NCBI GenBank assembly: GCA_963639175.1
Contig: CAVHUN010000066.1
Coordinates: 1-61,846 of the forward strand
Reading direction: 5' to 3'
Origin: an uncultured Prevotella sp.
GTDB taxonomy: Bacteria; Bacillota_I; Bacilli_A; RFN20; CAG-288
DNA: 61,846 nucleotides
Both the position numbers and the translations under genes were made by a program. Under the pieces are notes generated by a model. It was not told the DNA's origin. It ran no database searches and was given only the letters and a program-made list of their open reading frames with translations. This document shows, one piece after another, positions 48,794-58,763 of the stretch. Each line of letters opens with the position of its first letter. Position 1 is the first letter of the stretch.

Positions 48794-50257
48794 TTATTTT
48801 CTTCCTTTCTTTGTAAAGCAGTAATTAGGAACAATAAACTTGTCTAATACATATGTTTCATCTAATCTTTCAATTGTGTAGAACATATCATTAAATTGAG
48901 CTCTAACTGTCGCTAATATCAATAAAATCATATCGTCTAAAGTATTTAAAGAAATATCTTTAGTAGTGATTTGTTTTTTATCGCCAAAGTTTTTCAACAT
49001 GAAATCAATGATTGCATCTTGAGAATATTTATTAACTTCTTCTGCAATGTAATTTGTTAAGCTATCATCATCTGAAAATAGTTCATCTTCAAGTGGCATT
49101 GGTTCACAATCTTCTTTTTCTCCTCTTTTAAATGGCATAGTAAGAGAATCAGAATTTACAAAGCCTTGTCTAAATAAATTAACAGTATCACTTGCTTGAG
49201 AAATAACTTTCAAATTAATGTATTCATCATGATAATCATTTGGTAAGCTATCAATAGCTTTAGCCATAGCAAGAATAATTGTATCTAATTTACCCTTAAT
49301 TGACTTATCTGAATTAGATAAGTAATTAACTTTCTTTTGAACAGCTTGAATATAATTTGAATTAGCCTTATCAATTTCATCAAAACTATTTGAAAGTTTA
49401 GAATAAATATCAATAGTTTGTTGAATCATTCTATTGACAATATCAAATACATCAGATGACTTCATTTTAGAATAGGCTGGATCAAATTTAGCTTGAGAAA
49501 CTAATTTAGCCATTATTCTTTTATCGCGTTGCCATCTTTTTAAAATGTTAGTAACTGGTAAAGCGTAAAGTCCTAATGAGTCATATGTTTTCATTGGGTG
49601 ATAAATTTTATCTCCGATTTGTTTTTGGAAGACATCAAAATGTTGACTTAAAGCGTCATTAGGATTAAATATTGTTGTTAATTTATGACCATATACACAA
49701 ATTGAATGGTGTAATAATGTGACATTTAATTCAAGTTCATCAGCATTCTTTCTTGCAGAAGCTAAAGAGCGGAACATATAATCATCTTCTTTTTCATCTT
49801 CTAAAGACAATTCAGAATATGTTTGGTGAACTAAAGGAATATATAAAGAAGTATCACTAGATAAATCTTCAATTAATTGGATCATCTTAATTGTATAACC
49901 AGGCAAATAAATCATATCGATATTTGTCTTAGTATCTTTTTCAACATCGATCCAACCAGTAGAGACTAATTTTCTAAATATGTAATTAGTCTTAAAATTT
50001 ATTGAATCTTGTTCAGATTCAACAAAGACGTTTTCTTCATCTACTTTATCATCTAATTTATCAAGATTAACATCAAACAAAGCTAATAAATCACTACCGC
50101 GACTTCTTAACATATTGATATAATCTGACTTTTGAATATTAGTCTTATAAGTTTTTAAGCATTCAAATAAAGTGAGTAAAGAATAAACATAAACATTTTT
50201 ATATTTTCTTGAGAGAATTGTGAAAAAATTCTCAGGTATTTTATCAAAAAGATTCAA
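48794..50257 (-). CDS. jetA: JetA/MksF-like kleisin-type subunit, 487 aa, TTG start
   Basis: Assigned by position and size in a three-gene A-B-C arrangement. The stop is 3 nt from the jetB start. A TTG start has AGGAG 8 nt upstream. No diagnostic motif is verifiable by eye. Confidence 0.5.
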   Translation of the reverse strand: MNLFDKIPENFFTILSRKYKNVYVYSLLTLFECLKTYKTNIQKSDYINMLRSRGSDLLALFDVNLDKLDDKVDEENVFVESEQDSINFKTNYIFRKLVSTGWIDVEKDTKTNIDMIYLPGYTIKMIQLIEDLSSDTSLYIPLVHQTYSELSLEDEKEDDYMFRSLASARKNADELELNVTLLHHSICVYGHKLTTIFNPNDALSQHFDVFQKQIGDKIYHPMKTYDSLGLYALPVTNILKRWQRDKRIMAKLVSQAKFDPAYSKMKSSDVFDIVNRMIQQTIDIYSKLSNSFDEIDKANSNYIQAVQKKVNYLSNSDKSIKGKLDTIILAMAKAIDSLPNDYHDEYINLKVISQASDTVNLFRQGFVNSDSLTMPFKRGEKEDCEPMPLEDELFSDDDSLTNYIAEEVNKYSQDAIIDFMLKNFGDKKQITTKDISLNTLDDMILLILATVRAQFNDMFYTIERLDETYVLDKFIVPNYCFTKKGRK

Positions 50258-50298
50258 AGTTTTTTCTCCTAAACTTAGTACTTTTACAGCACAAAAAT

Positions 50299-50328
50299 AT
50301 TATATATTCTACCACCTTATTTATTCAA
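50299..50328 (-). promoter_or_regulatory. candidate sigma-A promoter of the jetABC operon
   Basis: On the minus strand: TTGAAT (50323-50328), 18 nt spacer, then TATAAT (50299-50304). Confidence 0.45.
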
Positions 50329-50396
50329 TAAATAAAATGGAAAAACACGACAAAATGTATCTATTATGGTACAAGATATTAATATTTTCTTTAGAA

Positions 50397-51188
50397 TTAT
50401 AAACCGACAATATTGTGATCTTTTTTACTTCTTTTTAATTTGTAAATATCAACTAATTCTTCATCTGCTTTTTTCATTATTTTTAATTCTTCATCAATTG
50501 AAGATTCGACTTGTTTTATTAAATCATTTGTCTTTATATCTTTATAATAAGAAGGATAATAAGTCTTAATAAAAGTAATTTGAATTGGATAATTCTTCAT
50601 TTTTAATTTCTTATCTAAGACTCTATATCCCCCTTGAATACAAGCTACAACAATTGGCTTATTTGCATTATATGCAATCTTTAATGAACCAGCCTTAAAT
50701 TCATTGAGGCTATGTTCTACATTTTTACTTCTTGTACCTTCTGGAAAGATAACAACATTAGCGTTTGTCTCTTTTAATATCTTGCTAGCCACACTGATAG
50801 ATTTTACTTCTGAACGGAAATCATTTCTATCCATAAACACTCCATCAATTGCTTGTAACATTTTTCCAGCATATGGAAACTTTAAAACCTCTTTTTTAGA
50901 TACAAAGGTTGTAGGATTTTCAAAATAGTCAATAAAGGAAATTGGGTCCATATTTGATTGATGATTACAAACAAGCAAAAAGTTAGAATCTTTAGGAAGA
51001 TTCTCTTCTCCTTTTATAATAAATTTAACATCGAAGTTTTTATTAAACTTTCTTAAAAAGGCTCTAACTTTAGAATATCTTTCATCTAAAAGATATTTAT
51101 CTTTGTGTTTAATGTATTTATTTAACCACCTAGAAGAACCAAGTAAAGGAAATATTTCCTTACAAACTATTTTGAAGTATTTAAACAT
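50397..51188 (-). CDS. plsC: 1-acyl-sn-glycerol-3-phosphate acyltransferase
   Basis: HX4D motif NHQSNMDP and the FPEGTRS motif. Confidence 0.85.
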   Translation of the reverse strand: MFKYFKIVCKEIFPLLGSSRWLNKYIKHKDKYLLDERYSKVRAFLRKFNKNFDVKFIIKGEENLPKDSNFLLVCNHQSNMDPISFIDYFENPTTFVSKKEVLKFPYAGKMLQAIDGVFMDRNDFRSEVKSISVASKILKETNANVVIFPEGTRSKNVEHSLNEFKAGSLKIAYNANKPIVVACIQGGYRVLDKKLKMKNYPIQITFIKTYYPSYYKDIKTNDLIKQVESSIDEELKIMKKADEELVDIYKLKRSKKDHNIVGL

Positions 51189-51190
51189 AA

Positions 51191-53308
51191 CTAGCCTCTT
51201 ATTAAAACCATGACACTTATATTATCGACAACTATATTAGAAGATACAAGTTTATCTTCTACCCCGTTTTTAGAAAAAACTAATTTATAATTACCTTTTA
51301 AAGGATATTCTATATCAGTTAAATTAGGATTTATTAAAATTAGCATCTTCTCTTTATTGTTTTTTGAATATCTAATTAATAAACCTTTTTTAGGAAGTTC
51401 TTCAAAAGAAATCATAGAAGCCACTTTTAATGGACTATCAATTTTAAAATCATCAATATAAGTCTTCTTTATATAATTAGCTTGCTTAAAATATTCAACC
51501 ATGTCTTTTCTTGAATACATCAATTGATAATCAAAACCATTTATATCATCTCCAGCATTATAAGAATTTCTCACCATGTGCTTAGATTGACCAAATTCTT
51601 GTCCCATGTGTATAAATGAAATGCCATTGCTAAATAAGATGACTGTATTTATTAAATTTATTCTATCTAAAGTGATCTCTAAATTAGAATTACAAGTTAT
51701 CAATTTATCAAATAAACAATTATCATCATGACACTCAACATAATTTATTGATTGACTGGCTTTTTTAAATAAAGGTGGGAAAGAAATAGGAAGAATAGAA
51801 CCTTGATAGACATGTTTAAATCCATCTATGTAATTTGTATCCCCATTTAAATACCCGCAAATTGATAAATTCTCAAATTGATTTCTTCCACGTAATACAT
51901 CGCGGAATCTATCATTAAAAAATCCGACATTTTCAAGTTTAAATGTGTTTGCTAAACAAGATCTATGTTCACTAGATAATGGAGATTGCATATCCCATCC
52001 TTCTCCATATACTAAATCATCTTTAGAAAATGAATCTACACATTTTCTTACTTCTTGAATTGTCTTAATATCAATTAATCCCATTAAGTCAAATCTAAAT
52101 CCATCTATACCATAAACTTCTTTAAAATATTTAACATTATCGATAATTAATTTTCTTATCATGTATTTTCTAGTTTCTAATTCATTGCCACATCCAGTTG
52201 AATTAGCTAAGCTACCATCTTCATTTTTTCTATAGCAATAATTTGGTAACAATCTATTTAAAGGATTAGTTTCAGAATCAAAGACATGATTAAAAACCAC
52301 ATCAAGATTCACTTTAATCCCACATTTATGGAAACTAGATATCATGTTTTTAAATTCAATCATTCTTGCATAAGGGTCTTCACTATTTGAAGCATAAGAG
52401 CCTTCAATTGCAAAATAGAACTTAGGATCATATCCCCAATTATATGAATCGCATTTAAAATCATCAGCGATAGTTTGGAAATCATATACAGGCATTATTT
52501 GAACATGAGTTACTCCTAAATCCTTTATATATGATAAACCAGCATTCATCCTTTTATATTTCAAATTAGGATTAGACATAGCCTTAAAAGTACCACTATC
52601 ATCTATATTTAATCTACTAGTCATATCTCTAACATCAAATTCATAAATTAAAGATTTCATTTTAGAAACTTTATTTATACATTCTTGATAAGAATTAATA
52701 GATTTTATTTTTTCAATATCGACAATATAAGCAAATTGAGAATTTGTATCTACACTTGAAGCATATGGATCACAAACTTGAATCATCTTTCCACTTATTT
52801 TAGCAATATATAAATACTTATATCCTTCAAAATCTCCATCAATAGAGCCAATAAAGACTCCACATTCTTCTCTTTTTAAAGTGATTGTATGTTCTTCACC
52901 ATTTTTAAAAATATAACAAAATACTTTTGTGGCTAAAGGTGAAAAGACTCTAAATTCAGTCTTTTCTTTTGAATAAATTGACCCTAAGACTCCATCATAT
53001 CTATATTTTTTCTCAAATTCATCTAAACTTGCTAAATAAGACACATCTAAAGAATAGGCTCTATTTAAACTATCAAATACGCGATAGTCTTTTCCTGGTT
53101 TTATCTTGTAATTAAAAGATAAACTAACTACGCATCTTACCTTATCTTCAGAAATTGAAAATGAATCTAATTTTAAAAAGCAAACAAACTTATTATCTTC
53201 ATATAATCTAACTTTTAATAAATCTTCTTTTCTAAAATAATTAAATAAATATAGAGTAATATGTTTTAAATCTTTTAATATCGCTTGATTCTTATTGTAA
53301 AATTCCAT
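51191..53308 (-). CDS. type I pullulanase / alpha-1,6 debranching enzyme (GH13)
   Basis: YNWGYDP signature and GH13 regions GFRFDLMG, YGEGWD and YVECHDD. Confidence 0.85.
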   Translation of the reverse strand: MEFYNKNQAILKDLKHITLYLFNYFRKEDLLKVRLYEDNKFVCFLKLDSFSISEDKVRCVVSLSFNYKIKPGKDYRVFDSLNRAYSLDVSYLASLDEFEKKYRYDGVLGSIYSKEKTEFRVFSPLATKVFCYIFKNGEEHTITLKREECGVFIGSIDGDFEGYKYLYIAKISGKMIQVCDPYASSVDTNSQFAYIVDIEKIKSINSYQECINKVSKMKSLIYEFDVRDMTSRLNIDDSGTFKAMSNPNLKYKRMNAGLSYIKDLGVTHVQIMPVYDFQTIADDFKCDSYNWGYDPKFYFAIEGSYASNSEDPYARMIEFKNMISSFHKCGIKVNLDVVFNHVFDSETNPLNRLLPNYCYRKNEDGSLANSTGCGNELETRKYMIRKLIIDNVKYFKEVYGIDGFRFDLMGLIDIKTIQEVRKCVDSFSKDDLVYGEGWDMQSPLSSEHRSCLANTFKLENVGFFNDRFRDVLRGRNQFENLSICGYLNGDTNYIDGFKHVYQGSILPISFPPLFKKASQSINYVECHDDNCLFDKLITCNSNLEITLDRINLINTVILFSNGISFIHMGQEFGQSKHMVRNSYNAGDDINGFDYQLMYSRKDMVEYFKQANYIKKTYIDDFKIDSPLKVASMISFEELPKKGLLIRYSKNNKEKMLILINPNLTDIEYPLKGNYKLVFSKNGVEDKLVSSNIVVDNISVMVLIRG

Positions 53309-53313
53309 ATTTA

Positions 53314-54552
53314 TTAATTCTCCTTTTTAAAAACGTACACTTTATTAGATTTATTTAGTTCTACAAACTTTTTATATAAGTTGAAATCTAAATTATTTAA
53401 CATGTTATAAAATTTATTAAAATTGATAGATTCATTTTTAAATTCGCTTATCAAATCAAAAATAAAATCAGGGTCATTAGATTTCTTTTTAGCAATTTCT
53501 AGCAAATAATTTTTTACCATTACAAAGTCTTTTCTTTCAACTTTAGATTTATAAAAAGATGAAATTATATCATCAAAAGAACAACTATCATCTTTTAAAA
53601 ATATCAAACTTGTGTAAAACAATTTACCATAGCAAGTATTTATTTGATTGTTTGAATAAGATATAACATTATCTTTATTTGTTTTCTTTATTATAACTGA
53701 TATAAATCTATTTAAATAAATAGTCTTATATAAATATAAGATAGGATAAATAGAATCATTAAATTCTTTATATAATTTTTTAAAATCATCTAATTTATTT
53801 GCAAGGATTACACATTTATTCTTATAAGATAATTTTAAATTTGACTTTTCAAAATCTAGGGTGAGTACTTCTCTTTTAGATTCTTTCAAAGTTGAAACCA
53901 AATCTTCATTTATAAATTTATAATTATCTAAAATGTTATTGACCTTTTCTAAAGAAGTACTTGTAAATAAATATAAGGAATTAAAATTCTTTAAAATGTA
54001 ATTATTAATAAAAGCAGATATTTCATCAACATTAATATAATCAAGTTCACTTTTTATATCTAAATTGAAATTAGGAAGCTTATTATCCTTATATATATTT
54101 AAATATACATAGGATAAATAATTGTTGTTTATCAATAAATCCAATTTGATATCAACTTTACTTTTAGCCCCTTTTATATCGCATTTTTTAATATCTAAAT
54201 TAAATAGTCCTTCAAAAAACTTATTTAATAAAGATAAGAATTCATTTTCATCTTCACATTTTATTTTAAAATTAAGATAATCAGATTCTAAACAATATGA
54301 TAACTTATTATCTAAATAATATTGATTTAAATAGTCTTTTATAATTTGAGCAACTAAAAAAGATAAGCAAGCGTAATGAGAACTTGTAACTGGAGAAATG
54401 TTTTTATTAACATATCCAAATTTATATGCAAGTACAGCTAAGTTAGACTTCAATTTTGAAGAAAAATACAAATGTATGTTTAAATCATCTTGTTTAAGAT
54501 AAGATGTTGGAATTAAAGTCTCTACTTGATTATCTTCTTTTTTAAAAAACAT
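53314..54552 (-). CDS. M16 (insulinase)-like protein, no HxxEH motif
   Basis: Assigned by length, by pairing with the adjacent M16-like gene, and by weak M16 N-domain-like patterns. No zinc motif is present. Confidence 0.35.
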   Translation of the reverse strand: MFFKKEDNQVETLIPTSYLKQDDLNIHLYFSSKLKSNLAVLAYKFGYVNKNISPVTSSHYACLSFLVAQIIKDYLNQYYLDNKLSYCLESDYLNFKIKCEDENEFLSLLNKFFEGLFNLDIKKCDIKGAKSKVDIKLDLLINNNYLSYVYLNIYKDNKLPNFNLDIKSELDYINVDEISAFINNYILKNFNSLYLFTSTSLEKVNNILDNYKFINEDLVSTLKESKREVLTLDFEKSNLKLSYKNKCVILANKLDDFKKLYKEFNDSIYPILYLYKTIYLNRFISVIIKKTNKDNVISYSNNQINTCYGKLFYTSLIFLKDDSCSFDDIISSFYKSKVERKDFVMVKNYLLEIAKKKSNDPDFIFDLISEFKNESINFNKFYNMLNNLDFNLYKKFVELNKSNKVYVFKKEN

Positions 54553-54560
54553 GTAATCCC

Positions 54561-55802
54561 CTATTTTCTAGAAATTAAATATGTTCTTGGTAAGTTAGTA
54601 AATAATTCATAGAACTTATTAAAACTACCATATCTAGCCTTACAAGCTTTTTCAATTACAGAACAATCAGCAAATGAATTGGCATAGCTATTTAATAATC
54701 TATCATAATATGTATCAACATCTTGTTTATAAATTGAACGATATTTATTTAATAAATTCTTTTTCATCTTATAAAATTCCATTCTCTTAAATGGTTTTTT
54801 AATAGAGAATAATTTTTCTAATTCACCTTGTAATTGTTCTGGTTTATCAGTTTTAAATACTTGATAAAAATAAGCATCTTCTCCACCTTCATGGACACCA
54901 TTATTTCCTAGTTCACTTAAAGAAAGTAAATTAGCTTTAATATTAGGATTTAAGTTAGTAAATACTAAATTTGAAATTAAGAAATAATAAGAGAAAGTCA
55001 TAGCATCAAATTTATCAAACATTTCTTTTCTAGAAGGAAATTTAACACCTAAGACTAAAGTATCTGGATTAGTGATATATCCTAAAGAAGAATTGACTTT
55101 AGTTTGATCTTCTTTTAAAGTCTTTGTTTGAGAATCTTTATATACTTCTCTTTGATTAAATTTATGTCCTTCTAATAAAGAGGCAATATCATTTGGCATA
55201 ACATTTCCAACAATAAAGAAAGTCATATAATTAGTGTTCATAAATTGATTGTAGAATTTTTTAACTGCAGGTAAATGAACACTCTTAATTGAATCTGGAT
55301 TTCCTAAAACAGATTCTTTCATTGGAGATGTAGTATATAAATATGTTCTAAGCAATTCATCTTCACTTATTTTTGTAGATGCTATTTCTTTAATAACATC
55401 TTCTTTTAAGGCTTCTAATTGATCATTATTTACTAATAATTCATCAAAAAAGTGCATAAAGCCTAAGATATAATCAGCTAAGTTGTCGTTATTTTCTACA
55501 CTTACTTCAAAAGAAGTATATGATTCATAAATTTTAATATCAAATTGACATTTACCATCAAAAAGAATATCTGATTCTTTACTATGATATTTTTTCATGG
55601 CGTGAACTAAGACATTTAATGTTCCTGGAAAGATTTTTTGTTTTCCAATAACATATTCTCTAGGATAACCACCTATTCCAATATTCATACCAAACTTTAC
55701 TTTGCTAGCTCCACCAATTGGTGCAACTACAATTGATAAATCGTTTTTCAATCTATCTTGATATAAGTTTTTGTCAATTTTGCTAAATTTAATTTTCTCC
55801 AT
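54561..55802 (-). CDS. M16 (insulinase)-like protein, HxxEH replaced (VHAMK)
   Basis: M16 N-domain pattern (...LGNPDSIKSVHLPAVKKFYNQFMNTNYMTFFIVGNV...). The inverzincin motif is absent. Confidence 0.5.
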   Translation of the reverse strand: MEKIKFSKIDKNLYQDRLKNDLSIVVAPIGGASKVKFGMNIGIGGYPREYVIGKQKIFPGTLNVLVHAMKKYHSKESDILFDGKCQFDIKIYESYTSFEVSVENNDNLADYILGFMHFFDELLVNNDQLEALKEDVIKEIASTKISEDELLRTYLYTTSPMKESVLGNPDSIKSVHLPAVKKFYNQFMNTNYMTFFIVGNVMPNDIASLLEGHKFNQREVYKDSQTKTLKEDQTKVNSSLGYITNPDTLVLGVKFPSRKEMFDKFDAMTFSYYFLISNLVFTNLNPNIKANLLSLSELGNNGVHEGGEDAYFYQVFKTDKPEQLQGELEKLFSIKKPFKRMEFYKMKKNLLNKYRSIYKQDVDTYYDRLLNSYANSFADCSVIEKACKARYGSFNKFYELFTNLPRTYLISRK

Positions 55803-55840
55803 TTTTAAATTGCCTTTCTAATATTATCAAAATCGTTTTA

Positions 55841-58576
55841 TTAATTAACTTCACCATCTTCTGGTTTAGGAGCAATTACTTCTTTTCTGTTATTAGCAAC
55901 AGTTTTAATAACTCCATCAGCTTCTAAAGCATCTAATATGCTTGCAGCTCTAGAATAGCCTATATTAAACCTTCTTTGCAAATTGCTTGTGGAAGCAACT
56001 CTAGAACTAATTACATAATCTTTGCATGTTTGATAAAGTTCATCTTCAAATCCACCTAAGCCTCTATGTTCATCTAGTTTTCCTGTTACTTCTTCTCCTT
56101 TAGTAAAGTTAAGGAAGTTTTCATCATAATAAGGAGCGCCACATTGTTGTTTTAAATAAGAAACTACTTGAATAATATCTTCGTTTTTAACAAAGGCGGA
56201 TTGAACTCTAATTGTAGCCTTTAAAGAAGGAATCTTTGCTAATAAGTCACCTTTACCAATTAAGGCTTCTGCTCCACCTTCACCTAAAATAGTCATTGAG
56301 TCAGTAGTACTAGGAAGCATCAAAGCAATTCTTGCAGGAATATTAGCTTTAATTGTACCAGTAATACAGTTAACTGATGGTCTTTGAGTAGCAATAATTA
56401 AATAGATACCACAAGCTCTAGCTTTTTGAGCTAAACGTTGAGTATAGCTTTCAACATTTTTAGGATCTTGTCCCATCATATCTGCAAATTCATCAATAAT
56501 ACAAACTACTCTTGGAATAATTTCTAAGTTGTTCTTATCTTTTCTTAATGTGTTGTATTCATTGATATTTGCAGCACCAAATGTAGCAAAGATTTGGAAT
56601 CTTCTATCCATTTCTTCACATAGCTTTTTTAACATTGAAACAGCTTGAGCAATATTAGTAACTACTGGGCAAAATAAGTGAGGCATATCTCTATATTTAG
56701 AGAATTCAACCATCTTAGGATCAACTAATATCAACTTAAGTTCATCTGGGTAGTTTCTCATTATCAAAGTCATGATAATTGAGTGAATAAATACTGATTT
56801 ACCTGAACCAGTAGTACCAGAGACTAATAAGTGAGGTAAATCATCTATAGCGACTTTTACCACTTTATTAGAAATATCTTTACCTAAAGGAATAATAGTT
56901 TTAGCTTCATTAGGACTTACTGAATTAAAGCATTCTTTATAAGAAACCATCATAGGAGCTGGGTTAGAAATTTCAATTCCAGAAGTAGTTTCACCTTTAA
57001 CAACTGGTTCAATTCTAACTGACATATCTCCACCTAAATCGATTTGTAATTCAGATAAGACATCGTTTTTAGCAATTTCAGAAACTTTAACACCATCTTC
57101 TCTTATAATGTTAAATCTAGTGACTGAAGGTCCAATTGTATAGTCTCTTACTGAAGCTCTAATTTTTAATTTTCTAAAGACTTCATTAATAATTTCCTTT
57201 TTAGTTTCATCAGCTTCAACATTGATATTGTATTTGGATACATCATTTTGAGTAGTTAATAAATCAGCTGAAGGTAAAGTATATCTAGTAACTTTCATTG
57301 TCTTATGCAAAGATTGCATAGGTGGAGGTGTAACACTTTCACTAGTTTGTTTATTACTAACGTTGTTAGAAAATGGACTGACATTTTTATTTTCTTGAGA
57401 ATGTGTTTCTTGTTTTACAGTTTCTTGACTAGGTTCAGTATTGTGAGATTGATATTCATTCTTAGCTTGACTATTTTCTTCGCTTACAAAATTATTATCA
57501 GTTTTAGATTCTTCTTTAGTGTTGTCATTTGAAGAAGTAAATACACTGCTAGTTGAATAACTAGGAGTAGGATTGCTATTTTCAAATGGTGTTTGTTGAA
57601 TCTTAGTTTCTTCTTGGGTTACTTCTTTATTTTCAAAATGAGGTTCTTGTTTAATTTCTTCTTGTGGTCTAGTTTCATTTGAAGAATTTACATTTACGTT
57701 ATTAAAACTAGTAAATCCACTAAAAGGAGAAGAATTATTTATAGGTTCATTATCTTGTTTTACAAAATCAGTTTCTTGTTCGTTATTAGGTGTAAAAAAG
57801 TTATGTTGTTGTTTACTAGTTTTATTATCTTGACTAGGTTGATTTTCTTGTCTAACAGTAAAACCGTTTGAAAAGTCATTTGAAGAAGTTGAACTTGAAA
57901 AAGGTGAAGGAGATGCTTCATTAGGTTGTTGTATCTTAAGTTCTTCTTTTTCTTTTTGATTATTTTTCTTTTCTTGTCTTTTTCTAGCTTTCGCTTCACA
58001 AATTGATTTGATAAATGCATAAAAAGCCCCAAGAGGTTTTCTTATACAAATCATCACTCCAATAAATAAAAATAGTCCTGCAAATACACTAGTAGCGATT
58101 TTCCCTAAACCTGTAACAAATAAAGATGAGAAAAAGTATCCAATAAATCCCCCAGATAATTTACAAACATCACCTAAAGAATTAATTCTAATTGAGCTTT
58201 CTAAAATGTTTGAAAAGTTTGAATTATACATATCAACAAAATTAGTAAAAGATAATTCTTCAACATGTATACTTGAACAAATGCATCCGCTGATAAATAA
58301 TAAAATTAATCCTAAATATGTAAATGATGCTTTAACTTTTGGAAATTCCATTTTAAACATTAAGTAGATGCCAAATATAGCTTGTAAACTTAAAAATAAG
58401 AAAGAAAAAGAGCCCAAGACATAACTTGCACAATATAAAAGTAAGCTAGATAAACCATTCGAATTAAAAAATGGCAATATAGCTAATACAAGCAATATTA
58501 AGCCAATTAAAATCACAGGAAACTTCTTTCCAAAAAAACCATATTTTATATTTTCATTTGCTTTATTTTCCATCAT
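55841..58576 (-). CDS. ftsK: DNA translocase FtsK/SpoIIIE
   Basis: Four N-terminal TM segments and a ~220-aa low-complexity linker. The motor carries Walker A GTTGSGKS and Walker B IIDEFADMM. The C-terminal gamma wHTH reads LQRRFNIGYSRAASILDALEADGVI. Confidence 0.93.
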   Translation of the reverse strand: MMENKANENIKYGFFGKKFPVILIGLILLVLAILPFFNSNGLSSLLLYCASYVLGSFSFLFLSLQAIFGIYLMFKMEFPKVKASFTYLGLILLFISGCICSSIHVEELSFTNFVDMYNSNFSNILESSIRINSLGDVCKLSGGFIGYFFSSLFVTGLGKIATSVFAGLFLFIGVMICIRKPLGAFYAFIKSICEAKARKRQEKKNNQKEKEELKIQQPNEASPSPFSSSTSSNDFSNGFTVRQENQPSQDNKTSKQQHNFFTPNNEQETDFVKQDNEPINNSSPFSGFTSFNNVNVNSSNETRPQEEIKQEPHFENKEVTQEETKIQQTPFENSNPTPSYSTSSVFTSSNDNTKEESKTDNNFVSEENSQAKNEYQSHNTEPSQETVKQETHSQENKNVSPFSNNVSNKQTSESVTPPPMQSLHKTMKVTRYTLPSADLLTTQNDVSKYNINVEADETKKEIINEVFRKLKIRASVRDYTIGPSVTRFNIIREDGVKVSEIAKNDVLSELQIDLGGDMSVRIEPVVKGETTSGIEISNPAPMMVSYKECFNSVSPNEAKTIIPLGKDISNKVVKVAIDDLPHLLVSGTTGSGKSVFIHSIIMTLIMRNYPDELKLILVDPKMVEFSKYRDMPHLFCPVVTNIAQAVSMLKKLCEEMDRRFQIFATFGAANINEYNTLRKDKNNLEIIPRVVCIIDEFADMMGQDPKNVESYTQRLAQKARACGIYLIIATQRPSVNCITGTIKANIPARIALMLPSTTDSMTILGEGGAEALIGKGDLLAKIPSLKATIRVQSAFVKNEDIIQVVSYLKQQCGAPYYDENFLNFTKGEEVTGKLDEHRGLGGFEDELYQTCKDYVISSRVASTSNLQRRFNIGYSRAASILDALEADGVIKTVANNRKEVIAPKPEDGEVN

Positions 58577-58763
58577 ATTCTCACTTTTAATAACCTTTTT
58601 TATTATACAAGAAAACTTAAATTATTGACCATATATTTAATATTATTTAGATAATTTATTATTTAATAAGACGTAAAAAAGTAATTGCATTAATTTTTTT
58701 GATAATAGTCAATCTAGTTTGATATACTATAAAAGATTAAAAATTCAAGAACGGAGTTTAATA

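Noticed and set aside
57290-57960. The low-complexity Asn/Ser/Gln/Glu-rich stretch inside ftsK as a separate feature or repeat array.
   Set aside because: It is the usual disordered linker between the FtsK membrane domain and the motor. It is in frame, shows no tandem-repeat periodicity, and the overlapping ORFs are shadow frames.
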